DNA from: an uncultured delta proteobacterium
GTDB lineage: Bacteria; Myxococcota; Kuafuiibacteriia; Kuafuiibacteriales; Kuafuiibacteriaceae
Direction of reading: 5' to 3'
Length of the DNA stretch: 64,000 nt
Assembly (NCBI GenBank): GCA_963803435.1
Contig: CAWDML010000005.1
Span: 384,001 to 448,000, forward strand
Position numbers and translations under genes: made by a program. This document shows, in pieces, positions 21,995-32,840 of this stretch (position 1 is the first letter of the stretch; every line of letters starts with the position of its first letter). A model generated the notes under the pieces. The model searched no databases and was not told where the DNA came from. It saw only the letters and a list, made by a program, of their open reading frames with translations.

Positions 21995-23056
21995 CTACGG
22001 CACGCAGATACCGAAGGGCTGCCCGATGTTGCCGCACATGCCGGCGGAGCACGCGGGGGCCGCCGGGTCGCAGGGCTCGTAACAGAGGGGCGTGGCCTGG
22101 CCCTGGAGGAAGACACACACGGCGTTGTCGACGCACTGCATGTTGGGGGCGCAGGCCTGGCCCACCGCGGCGGTGCCGGAGGCCGCGCACTCGGGCGCGC
22201 CGTTCAACAGACTGCACGTCATCCCGGCGGCGCACGGGGTCGCGATGGGATCGCACGCCGTCCCCTGGGCGATGCAGATGCCCCACGCGATGCCCTGGAG
22301 CCCCTGACAGCGATCGGTCCCGGCGGTGCAGGCATGCTGGGTGTCGCAGCCTTCGTAGCACAGCATGCCGTCGCCGACGTTGAGGCAGACGCCGCCGGGG
22401 GCGCACGCGGCGGTGGCGCTGCACACGTCGCCCAGCATCGCGGTGCCGGCGGGCGTGCAGCCGGTATCGCCTTGATTGCTCACCAGGCTGCACGTCATGT
22501 CCTGCGGGCACGCGGCCGCCTTCTCCGCCGGGTTGCACAGGTTCTGGCCCTGGCACAGCCCATAGGCCGCGCCCGGCTGGAAGACGATCGTGCAGGTGTA
22601 GTCGTTGAACATGCCGGTGAGCCCGTCGCAGCCGTTGCCGTTGGCCGTCTCACAGACCTGGCGGCAGGTGGCCTGCGCTTCACCTTGGAGCTGAACGCAT
22701 GCGAGACCCGCGGCGCAGTCCTGCTGCGCGCCGTTGCACGGCTGCTCGAGCCCATTCATCGCCGGCAGCGTGCGGCACTGGCCGACGCTGGTGTTCGTTT
22801 GGAACACGCAGGACTCGCCCGCGTTGGGGCAGCCCGATCCGTCGACCGGATTGCAGGGACCGGGCACGCCGCTGTCTTCCGGCGTGCCGGTGTCGGCGGG
22901 CTCGCCGGCGTCGCCGTTCATGTTGTCGCCGCTGTCCGGCGTGGCCGTTCCGCTGTCCTTGAGCTTGGTGCTGTCGTCGTCGTCGTTGTTCTTGCCGGAG
23001 CATGCGACGAGGCCGATCAGGAGCGCGGGTGCAACGAAGATCGCGGTGCGAAACAT
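21995..23056 (-). CDS. Cys-rich lipoprotein with three tandem 12-Cys modules
   Basis: Lipobox LVAC, acidic tether, then three ~95-aa repeats, each starting C(N/D)P and ending G(L/I)C. Confidence 0.85.
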   Translation of the reverse strand: MFRTAIFVAPALLIGLVACSGKNNDDDDSTKLKDSGTATPDSGDNMNGDAGEPADTGTPEDSGVPGPCNPVDGSGCPNAGESCVFQTNTSVGQCRTLPAMNGLEQPCNGAQQDCAAGLACVQLQGEAQATCRQVCETANGNGCDGLTGMFNDYTCTIVFQPGAAYGLCQGQNLCNPAEKAAACPQDMTCSLVSNQGDTGCTPAGTAMLGDVCSATAACAPGGVCLNVGDGMLCYEGCDTQHACTAGTDRCQGLQGIAWGICIAQGTACDPIATPCAAGMTCSLLNGAPECAASGTAAVGQACAPNMQCVDNAVCVFLQGQATPLCYEPCDPAAPACSAGMCGNIGQPFGICVP

Positions 23057-23291
23057 GGCGTGAGGTTCTACCCGGACCGATGTGGAGTTGGGCACCCGAA
23101 ATCCGACGGATGCCACAGTTTTTTCAGGCTGAAAGCCGGGTTGACATGCCGTTTTCGCAGGCCAAGTTGACAACCATGCGGACGGCGCGCCGGTTTTTTT
23201 TGCAAGAATACTTGCGGATTAACCTGACTTGTGGCCAAAAGTCGAAAGTCCGGTTGCGACCGGGCTTCAAACGAGGGAGCGCGGAGTAGAC

Positions 23292-23669
23292 GTGGCAACG
23301 AGGGGTAAGAAGTCCAAAAAGGCGACCAAGAAGAAGGTGGCGAAGGCGGCGCGGGCGGCGCGGGCGGCCGGGACGAACTCCGTTCCGATCGCCGTCAGCA
23401 AGTCCCTCCACCCGAAGGCGCAGGGCGCCGTCAAGAAGGCGTCCGAGCTCCTCTGGGGCCTGGGCGTGCCGCCGCACCACCTGCTCCAGGAGCTCCACGA
23501 GGTCCTCCTGCTGCGATGCCTGAAGGAGGCCGACGGCAACTACGCCGCCGCGGCGACGCTCTTCGGGCCGAGCCGGCAGTCGGTCCAGCAATACGCGAAC
23601 AGCTCGCTCCGCGACGACCGCTGGAAGCCGTATCAGCAGAATCGCCGGCGCAAGCGCGCCTCGGCGTAG
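23292..23669 (+). CDS. small basic protein: Lys/Ala-rich tail + Fis-like HTH
   Basis: GGAG RBS before GTG; MATRGKKSKKATKKKVAKAARAARAA...CLKEADGNYAAAATLFGPSRQSVQQY. Confidence 0.75.
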   Translation: MATRGKKSKKATKKKVAKAARAARAAGTNSVPIAVSKSLHPKAQGAVKKASELLWGLGVPPHHLLQELHEVLLLRCLKEADGNYAAAATLFGPSRQSVQQYANSSLRDDRWKPYQQNRRRKRASA

Positions 23670-24407
23670 CTACGGCTGTACGCGGACGTCCGTGTCCTTC
23701 GCGGCCCCGATCTTCGGGCCCTCATCCTTGGGCGGCGGCATCTTGAAGGGGGTCCAGTCGAGCGCCACCTCCAGCACCATCTTGTGGCGATCGTAGCCGG
23801 GCTTCTTCACCTGGTCCCGGAGGCCGGTCAGCGTGTGATAGGGCAGGCCCTTCGAGACCAGGTTCACCAGCCACGCCGGCAGCGCACCGCCCGGATCGGC
23901 CTGTACCTGGTACTCGACTTCGGTGGTGTCCACGTCGATCTGCTTGAGGATCCAGTGCCCCTCGAGCTGCGGCATCCGCACCACGCCGTCCTTGGGCGGC
24001 ATCGTCGGATCCTCCGTCTGGGTGAACGTCACCACGATCTTCCGCTCCTCGGGGACGACCTTGGTCCGCGTCACCAGCACCGTGTCCCGATCGCTGACGA
24101 AGAACGCGGGGCTGCCGGTGCGGTGATACACGACGGCGTCGGTGGCGGTCAGGAAGCGGAGGGTGGCGGCGTCGACGCAGTTTGCCATCCACTCGGTCTC
24201 ACGGTCGGCATCGCGGATGACCGCGGCGACGTCGAGGATCGGCGCCTCCACCGGGCCGCGCCCGCGGAACATCACGAAGTCGGAGCCCTCGACGTCGCGA
24301 CGCCAGACCTTGATCCCATCTTCGTCCGAGATCTCCTCCCAGTCGTCTGCGTAGGCGGAGGCGGGCGCGAGCAGCAGCGCGAGGATCACCGGGCGGGTCC
24401 ATTGCAT
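23670..24407 (-). CDS. secreted START-domain lipid-binding protein
   Basis: Signal peptide; WEEISDEDGIKVW, VSDRDTV, EYQVQADPGGALPAWLVN. Confidence 0.88.
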   Translation of the reverse strand: MQWTRPVILALLLAPASAYADDWEEISDEDGIKVWRRDVEGSDFVMFRGRGPVEAPILDVAAVIRDADRETEWMANCVDAATLRFLTATDAVVYHRTGSPAFFVSDRDTVLVTRTKVVPEERKIVVTFTQTEDPTMPPKDGVVRMPQLEGHWILKQIDVDTTEVEYQVQADPGGALPAWLVNLVSKGLPYHTLTGLRDQVKKPGYDRHKMVLEVALDWTPFKMPPPKDEGPKIGAAKDTDVRVQP

Positions 24408-24448
24408 ATCCGCCGATTCCAGCGGCGGACCCGCGTTTAGTCAAACGT

Positions 24449-27112
24449 TCAGTTGGCCGGTTGCACCGTGAGGTGCTCGACGGAGGCGCTCTGGACGTCG
24501 GAGGCGACGAAGCGCACGGGGATCGGATCGTTGACCAGCCAGCGCTGGAGGAGGTCCGCGAAGTGCGGGCTGTCCGAGAAGTGCCGCTGTCCGCCGGGCA
24601 GCTCGATGGAGCAGCGGACCCCGTCGGTGTCGTCCGCGTCGCAGGAGAAGCGCATCGAGGGGCCCGAGAACTGGCGGAAGTCGGTGGCGCCGGCCGGGTT
24701 CGCCACGTCGATGGTGAACATGCCGCCGTCGTTCGCGTAGGTCCCGCTGGAGGGCGGGAAGATCGGGGGCGTCAGCGTCACGGTGTGGATGCGGCCCCAG
24801 CGCCAGTCGTCGGCGTCGGCGCCGAGACGGGGGTGCGCGGTGAGGTAGGCGCCGGTCTCGTCGAGGGCCCGGCCGATGGTGTCGGCCTCGGTCTCGACGC
24901 CGGCGGTGCTGACGTCGTCCCAGTAGCTGCCGATGAGCTCGCTCGGGCGCGTCAGCGCGAAGACGATCGCCGAGGTGCGCGGCGGCGTGTCGATGCCCTG
25001 CTGGGCGATCTCGTCGCCGAAGATCGCGTCCTGCAGCCGCGGGAAGAGGGCGTGGAACGCGGTGCAGCCGATCGAGGAGGCGGTCGCCGACGGATCCGGG
25101 TCCTTGGCCGAGCTCGGATCCACCGTGGTGAGACCCGTGGGACACTCGTAGTCCCACGCGTCGAGCGCCGAGAGCACCAGCGCGCCCTCGGGCGTGAGCG
25201 TGTCGGCGGCGGGCGCGGCGGCGAGGATGGCCGGGACCAGGCGCTCGCCAATCAGCACGTGCGTGTCCGCCTGGATCGACTGCATGGTCGCGTGCGTGTG
25301 CGCGTTGGCGCCGTCCATGATGCGCTGGACGATGCGCTCGTGCCGGTACCCCGGCGCCACGAAGTGCTGCCAGGCGGCCTGGCCGTCGTTGGTGGGGTCG
25401 CCGTCGGCGAGGTGACCGGTCATGTCGTTGTTGGCCGTGGCCACGAAGCCGTCCGTGGTGTTCATCGCCTGCGGGAGGTCGGCGTACGGCACCACGCCCT
25501 CCCACTCGGCGCTGCCGTCACCCGGGAGCGGCACCCAGGTCGGCAGCGCGGCGGAGGCCCACGGCCGGTTGGGTACATGGTTGTATGGGAACCAACCGAA
25601 GTTGCCGCCGGTGTCGATCACGACCCAGTTCTGCCCGACGGTGGTGACGTTCTCGAGGGCGGTGCGGGCCTCCGCGACGCTCTGGGCGGTGTTCATCGCC
25701 CACAGGAAGTTGGCGTCGGTGGTGGCGTCCTGCGCCGTCCACTTGAGCGAGAGCGCGACGCCCATCTGGGGATCCTCCGCGAGGATCGGCCCGTGATGCG
25801 GGACGTAGCGGACCACGTGGTTGATCGGCTGGCTGCCGAGCACGTCGATCGGGAAGGTGCGCTCCAGGATGGGGACCTCGTTGCCGTTGAAGATGACGGC
25901 GTCGCCCGCGGTGTTGAGGGTCTCGATGTAGACGTCCGCGAGATCGAAGAAGGTGGTGGTGGCGCCCCACGCGATCTGCTCGTTCTGGCCCAGCACGATC
26001 CCGGGCAGACCGGCGAAGGAGGCGCCCGCCACGTGGAGCTGGCCGGTGCCGTTCGTCTTGGCGTCGAGGTGCGCCAGGTACCATACGGACGGGAAGTCGA
26101 GGCCGAGGTGCGGATCGTTCGCGAGCAGCGCCTTGCCGTCCGCGGTGCGCGACGGTCCCAGCACCCAGTTGTTGGAGCCGAGGCCGGGCGCGTGCTTCGG
26201 GATGTTGCGGAGCGCCTGCTCGAGCGCCCCCTTCGCCATCTGCAACCGGCCTTGCACCTCGCGGATCTTCCGCAGGCGATCCTGGTTGAGGGCGGTCAGG
26301 GTGCCGGGCGCCGGCAGGATGGTGCTCGGCGACGGCGGGCGCAGGCTGTAGAGGTCCCAGGCCATGGTGGCGGTGATGCTGGCGAGCACCTCGCCGGTGG
26401 TGATCTCGTAGTCGCTCTGGTTCGTGAGGCTCTCGATCAGCGCCAGCACGCAGGCGATGCTGTCCTGGGGCTCCCAGTCCTGGACCTGATCGCGCAGGTG
26501 CGCCCAGTCGTCGGTGAGGCGGGCGCCGTTGGTGCCGTTGCGGAGGTCCGCGATCCAGGCGTTGACGCCACGGGTGTAGGCCTCGAGCAGCGCCTTGGTC
26601 TCCTCGGACGCGTTCTCCCACATCTGATCCGAGATGCGATCGCCGTTGCGGATCCCGAAGATCGTCTTGCCGAAGCGGCTCTGCTCGATGCCCGGGCCCA
26701 GCGGGAGGACGCCGGCGATCTCGCCCTTCGGGAAGCGGCGCCGGAGGTCCATCTGTCCGAAGCGGTGGGCGGCGTGGAAGTAGCCCTCGACCGCGACACA
26801 GTCGAGGTCTGTCTGACAGGAGGCGTGGAGGACGCCGTACTCGTCGAAGTCGACGGTCACCGGGCCGGTCAGCTCGGGGATGCGCAGGTCGACGACCCCG
26901 CCGTCGGGCGTGCCGGTGTCGGGCATGCCGGTGTCGGGCGTGCCGGTGTCGGGCGTGCCGGTGTCGGGCGTGCCGGTGTCGGGCGTGCCGGTGTCCTGCC
27001 GGCCCGTGTCGGTGACGCCGGAGTCCTGCTTGCCGTCGTCGTCGTTGCTGCTACAGCCGGCGAAGACGAAGGTGGCGCCGAGGAGTGCGAGGAGCGTAGA
27101 GCGCGCGAACAT
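24449..27112 (-). CDS. penicillin acylase family (S45, Ntn-hydrolase) lipoprotein
   Basis: Lipobox FAGC; D.YGV.H, GYFHAAHRFGQMDL.RR, GSNNW beta-chain start, LLANDPHL, ATANN, WRWGRIH. Confidence 0.92.
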   Translation of the reverse strand: MFARSTLLALLGATFVFAGCSSNDDDGKQDSGVTDTGRQDTGTPDTGTPDTGTPDTGTPDTGMPDTGTPDGGVVDLRIPELTGPVTVDFDEYGVLHASCQTDLDCVAVEGYFHAAHRFGQMDLRRRFPKGEIAGVLPLGPGIEQSRFGKTIFGIRNGDRISDQMWENASEETKALLEAYTRGVNAWIADLRNGTNGARLTDDWAHLRDQVQDWEPQDSIACVLALIESLTNQSDYEITTGEVLASITATMAWDLYSLRPPSPSTILPAPGTLTALNQDRLRKIREVQGRLQMAKGALEQALRNIPKHAPGLGSNNWVLGPSRTADGKALLANDPHLGLDFPSVWYLAHLDAKTNGTGQLHVAGASFAGLPGIVLGQNEQIAWGATTTFFDLADVYIETLNTAGDAVIFNGNEVPILERTFPIDVLGSQPINHVVRYVPHHGPILAEDPQMGVALSLKWTAQDATTDANFLWAMNTAQSVAEARTALENVTTVGQNWVVIDTGGNFGWFPYNHVPNRPWASAALPTWVPLPGDGSAEWEGVVPYADLPQAMNTTDGFVATANNDMTGHLADGDPTNDGQAAWQHFVAPGYRHERIVQRIMDGANAHTHATMQSIQADTHVLIGERLVPAILAAAPAADTLTPEGALVLSALDAWDYECPTGLTTVDPSSAKDPDPSATASSIGCTAFHALFPRLQDAIFGDEIAQQGIDTPPRTSAIVFALTRPSELIGSYWDDVSTAGVETEADTIGRALDETGAYLTAHPRLGADADDWRWGRIHTVTLTPPIFPPSSGTYANDGGMFTIDVANPAGATDFRQFSGPSMRFSCDADDTDGVRCSIELPGGQRHFSDSPHFADLLQRWLVNDPIPVRFVASDVQSASVEHLTVQPAN
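26903..26995. repeat. 15-bp coding tandem repeat x6 (DTGTP)
   Basis: GTCGGGCGTGCCGGT repeated six times, one unit with a single substitution (DTGMP). Confidence 0.9.
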
Positions 27113-27154
27113 CAGGACGCGCATTCGACCCGCGCGCGCCTCTACGGTCAAGGA

Positions 27155-28999
<1,845 letters not shown>

Positions 29000-29030
29000 G
29001 GGCGGCGGACGCTAGGGATCTTTCCAGCGC

Positions 29031-31541
29031 TTGTCAGCTACGTTCGATCCGCTACCCTGCACCGCGTTGCGACTTCCGATCGACGAGATCCTGGGCGCGA
29101 TCGCCGACCATCTTCGATCGGAGCGGTCGAGAAACCTCGTCGTGGTCGCGCCGCCCGGCGCCGGCAAGACCACCCGCATTCCGCAGCTGCTGTTGGATCG
29201 CGGGATCGTGAAGCCGACCGCGCGCGTCTTGATGCTGGAGCCGCGCAGGATCGCAGCACGACGGGCGGCGTCGCGCATCGCCGCGGAGCGGAAGGTCCGG
29301 CTGGGAGGTGAGGTGGGCTACCAGGTCCGCTTCGACGATCGCACCTCCAGCGACACGCGGATCGCGATCTTGACGGAAGGCATCCTGACGCGGCGGCTCC
29401 AGTCCGATCCGCTGCTCGAGGGCGTCGGCGCGGTGGTGATCGATGAGCTCCACGAGCGCTCCCTCCACGCGGATCTGGCGCTGGCCTTCCTCCGCGAGAT
29501 CCAGGAGACGGTCCGTCCCGACCTCTCGATCGTCGCCATGAGCGCGACCATCGATCCGGCGCCCGTGCAGCGATTCCTCGACTGTCCGGTGGTGGTGAGC
29601 GAGGGCCGCTCCCATCCGGTCGAGGTCCGCTGGCTCGAGCGCGCCGACGCGCGATCGCTGGTCGAGCGCACGGCGTCGGCGGTGCGGCGCGCGCTGCGCG
29701 AGGTGGAGCAGGGCGACGTGCTGGTCTTTCTCCCGGGCGCCGGCGAGATCGCACGGTGCGCGGAGAAGCTGGAGGCCACCGCCGGCGCCGACATCCGCCC
29801 GCTCTACGGCGAGCTCTCCGCGGAGGATCAGGATCGCGCGATCGAGCCGGGTCCGCGGCGCAAGGTGATCCTGTCCACCAACATCGCCGAGTCGTCGCTC
29901 ACCATCGAGGGCGTCACCTGTGTCGTCGACGCCGGCTTCGCCAAGATCGCGCGCCACGATCCATCCCGCGGCATCGACACCCTCGAGCTGGTCCGCATCG
30001 GAAGGCGCAGCGCCGAGCAGCGCGCCGGTCGCGCCGGGCGGTTGGGCCCCGGCGTCTGCTACCGCCTCTGGACCGAGAAGGAGCACCGGACGCTGGAGGA
30101 GGATCAACCGGCCGAGATCGCCCGCGTCGATCTGGCCCCCGCGGTCCTCGAGGTGGTCCGCTGGTCCCGCGGCGATCCCGCGCGCTTCGGCTGGTTCGAG
30201 TCGCCTCCCGCCGGAGCGCTCGAGCGCGCCGTCCGCCTCCTCCGCGCGCTCGGGGCCCTCGACGCCGACTTCGCGCTCACCGCCCGCGGCGAGACGCTGG
30301 CCGCGTTCCCGCTCCACCCGCGCCTGGCCGCCATCCTGATGGCGGCCCACGCCGCCGGCCGCCTCGACGACGGCGCCGCCCTCGCCGCGATCGCCTCCGA
30401 GCGCGACATCCTTCGCCACCGCGATCCCGACGCCGTCGCACGGTGCGATCTCCTCCACCGCCTCGAGCTGATGGAGCGCCGCCATCCCGACGTTCACGGC
30501 GGCGCCGCCGCCAACGTGCGCAAGGTGCAAGGCAGGTTGCGCGACCTCGCCGCGCGCGCGCTCGGCCGCCCGCCGGTCCCCACCTCGCGCGACCGCGAGG
30601 ACGACCTCGGCCGCGCCGTGCTGGCCGGCTTCCCCGATCGCGTGGGCCGGGTCCGCGGCGAAGAGGTGCTCCTCGCCGGCGGCGGCGGCGCCCGCTTGGC
30701 CCGGGAGAGCGCGGTGAAGTCCGCCGAGCTGATCGTGGCCGTGGAGCTGGGCGGCGGCGATCGGCGGCGGAGCCAGCTGCCGTTCGTGCGCATGGCCACC
30801 GCGATCGAGCGGGAGTGGCTCGCCACCGAGACGCGCACGGTGGTGCGCTGGAACGCCGAGCGCGCGGCGGTCGAGGCGATCAAGGTCGTCGCCTATCAAG
30901 AGCTGGTCCTGGAGGAGCGCCGCGCTGGCCGCGCCAATCCCGAGGCGCAGAGCTGCGTGCTCGCCGAGGCGGCCCGGGCCGACCTCGATCGCGCGCTGCC
31001 GATGACCGACGCCCTGGCCGCCTTCCTCCGCCGATACCGCTTCCTCCGCACGTACGTCCCCGAGCTCGACGGGCCGGAGCTCGGTGAGGACCCGCGCGCG
31101 GCGCTCCTCGAGGAGGTGACCGCGGGGAGGAAGAGCTTCGCTGAGCTGGCCAAGGTCGATCTGCGGGCGCTGCTGCTCGAGCGCCTGCCGTCGCGGGTGC
31201 AAGCTGGGTTGCACAACGATGCGCCCGAGCGGATCTCCGTCCCGAGCGGACGGACGGCGGCGCTGCGCTACGAGACGGAGGGCCCGCCGGTGCTGGCGAT
31301 CCGGCTCCAGGAGGTCTTCGGGCTCTACGAGACCCCGCGCGTGGCTCGCGGGCGCGTGGCGATCAAGCTGGAGCTGCTCGCCCCCAACATGCGGCCGGTG
31401 CAGGTGACGCAGGACCTGGCGAGCTTCTGGGCGACGACGTACGCGGAGGTCCGCAAGGAGCTGCGGCGCCGGTATCCGAAGCACCAGTGGCCGGAGGATC
31501 CGCGGGAGGGCATCCCGTCGGCCAAGACGAAGAAGCGGTGA
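29031..31541 (+). CDS. hrpB: ATP-dependent RNA helicase HrpB
   Basis: APPGAGKTT, EPRRIAAR, DELHER, SAT, TNIAESSLTI, QRAGRAGR, HrpB C-terminus LLAPNMRPVQVTQDLASFW..YPKHQWP. Confidence 0.95.
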   Translation: MSATFDPLPCTALRLPIDEILGAIADHLRSERSRNLVVVAPPGAGKTTRIPQLLLDRGIVKPTARVLMLEPRRIAARRAASRIAAERKVRLGGEVGYQVRFDDRTSSDTRIAILTEGILTRRLQSDPLLEGVGAVVIDELHERSLHADLALAFLREIQETVRPDLSIVAMSATIDPAPVQRFLDCPVVVSEGRSHPVEVRWLERADARSLVERTASAVRRALREVEQGDVLVFLPGAGEIARCAEKLEATAGADIRPLYGELSAEDQDRAIEPGPRRKVILSTNIAESSLTIEGVTCVVDAGFAKIARHDPSRGIDTLELVRIGRRSAEQRAGRAGRLGPGVCYRLWTEKEHRTLEEDQPAEIARVDLAPAVLEVVRWSRGDPARFGWFESPPAGALERAVRLLRALGALDADFALTARGETLAAFPLHPRLAAILMAAHAAGRLDDGAALAAIASERDILRHRDPDAVARCDLLHRLELMERRHPDVHGGAAANVRKVQGRLRDLAARALGRPPVPTSRDREDDLGRAVLAGFPDRVGRVRGEEVLLAGGGGARLARESAVKSAELIVAVELGGGDRRRSQLPFVRMATAIEREWLATETRTVVRWNAERAAVEAIKVVAYQELVLEERRAGRANPEAQSCVLAEAARADLDRALPMTDALAAFLRRYRFLRTYVPELDGPELGEDPRAALLEEVTAGRKSFAELAKVDLRALLLERLPSRVQAGLHNDAPERISVPSGRTAALRYETEGPPVLAIRLQEVFGLYETPRVARGRVAIKLELLAPNMRPVQVTQDLASFWATTYAEVRKELRRRYPKHQWPEDPREGIPSAKTKKR

Positions 31542-31688
31542 CCTCCGCCCATTCGCCCGCCTCCCAGCATTGGCTGGGTGGCCGGCATGACGTCCGCGGG
31601 CAAGGAGGAGTGATGGATGAGCTCTCCAGAGTCAGGAGTGACTGCGAGCGCTGGCCGGTCTCGCATCGTGCGCACCACGCCAAGGGGT

Positions 31689-31930
31689 TCAACGCGATTG
31701 AGCTGGGTCCGCGCCCTCAGAGAGCGCGCGGCGAAGCGCTGGAAGGACGAGCACGACCCAGGCGAGCGTCCCCGAGAGAAGCAGCGCCGCGGCGAGTCCC
31801 ATCCACCCGAAGTAACGACCAGGATCTCCATCAGCGCTCGAGGAGCGAGGGCGCTCGAGACGAGGACGGCGAAGAGCGCCATCGGGAGTGGAGACCTCGC
31901 GAGCCGCTCTCCCTGGCCTCGAGAGCCGAG
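31689..31930 (-). pseudogene. possible membrane-protein 3' remnant
   Basis: Hydrophobic segments in two frames (LPMALFAVLVSSALAP; YFGWMGLAAALLLSGTLAWVVLVLPAL); no clear start. Confidence 0.3.
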
Positions 31931-31963
31931 TGACCAGATCCCCGCGCCGGGCCACACTCGGGC

Positions 31964-32674
31964 ATGCGCAAGACTCGAGACCGCCGGCGCTGCGTCGTCT
32001 GTGGCGAGCTACGGATCCCCTCCACTCTGGTCAAGACCCGAAACGTTCGACCCGCCGTCGCCGATCGCCTGGAAGCCACCGTCGGTGAGGCATGGACACC
32101 GGAGGCGGAGGTTTGCCGAGGCTGCTTGAACGCCGCACGGACCGCCATGATCGTCGAGGATCTCAAGCGCGAGCGGGGTGACCTGACCTCGATCGAGAGC
32201 GAGGTCTCGATGCGGGCGGCCGAGCATACGACGATCGCGGCCCGGTTCGACGACGAGTTCGAGCGAACGAAGACGCGGGGCGAACGACTCGCGGACGCCG
32301 TCGCGGCGTTCGGTGGCTCCTGGCCCTTCGTCGTCGGATTCGGAACGGCCATGATGCTTTGGATCGCGCTCAACTCCTTCGCGCTGGGTGCACGGGCGTT
32401 CGACCCGTTCCCGTACATCCTCCTGAACCTGCTCCTGTCCACGCTGGCGGCGCTGCAGGCGCCCATCATCATGATGAGCCAGAACCGCGCCACCGCGCGC
32501 GATCGCAGGAAGGGGGACGAAGACTACAAGGTGAACCTCAAGGCCGAGCTCGAGATCGCCGGACTCCACGACAAGATCGACCATCTCTTGCACGTGCAAT
32601 GGGAGAGGATGGTCGAGATCCAGCAGACCCAGCTGGAGCTCCTGGAGGAGATCGCCGGACGCCGGCGGAGTTGA
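31964..32674 (+). CDS. DUF1003 domain membrane protein
   Basis: GERLADAVAAFGGSW.F, FDPFPYILLNL.LS.LAALQAPIIMMSQNR, NLKAELEI..LHDKIDHL; N-terminal CxxC pairs. Confidence 0.92.
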   Translation: MRKTRDRRRCVVCGELRIPSTLVKTRNVRPAVADRLEATVGEAWTPEAEVCRGCLNAARTAMIVEDLKRERGDLTSIESEVSMRAAEHTTIAARFDDEFERTKTRGERLADAVAAFGGSWPFVVGFGTAMMLWIALNSFALGARAFDPFPYILLNLLLSTLAALQAPIIMMSQNRATARDRRKGDEDYKVNLKAELEIAGLHDKIDHLLHVQWERMVEIQQTQLELLEEIAGRRRS

Positions 32675-32840
32675 CACCCCGCCGGAGAGGCCCGCGAGCG
32701 GCCCGATCATCTCGGCGTGCGTGGTGGGATCGAGCACAGCGGGGCGTCGTCGAAGATCTCGTTCAGCCGCGTCTGATCCTCGGGGAGGCCGCCGGTGCAG
32801 CGCGAGCTTCAGCCCGGGCAGGGACTCACGCTCGAGAGCC

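Noticed and set aside
26903-26995. CRISPR-like array
   Set aside because: Head-to-tail coding repeats without spacers, and no cas genes. The same applies to the hexamer arrays and the OmpA TSP3 repeats.
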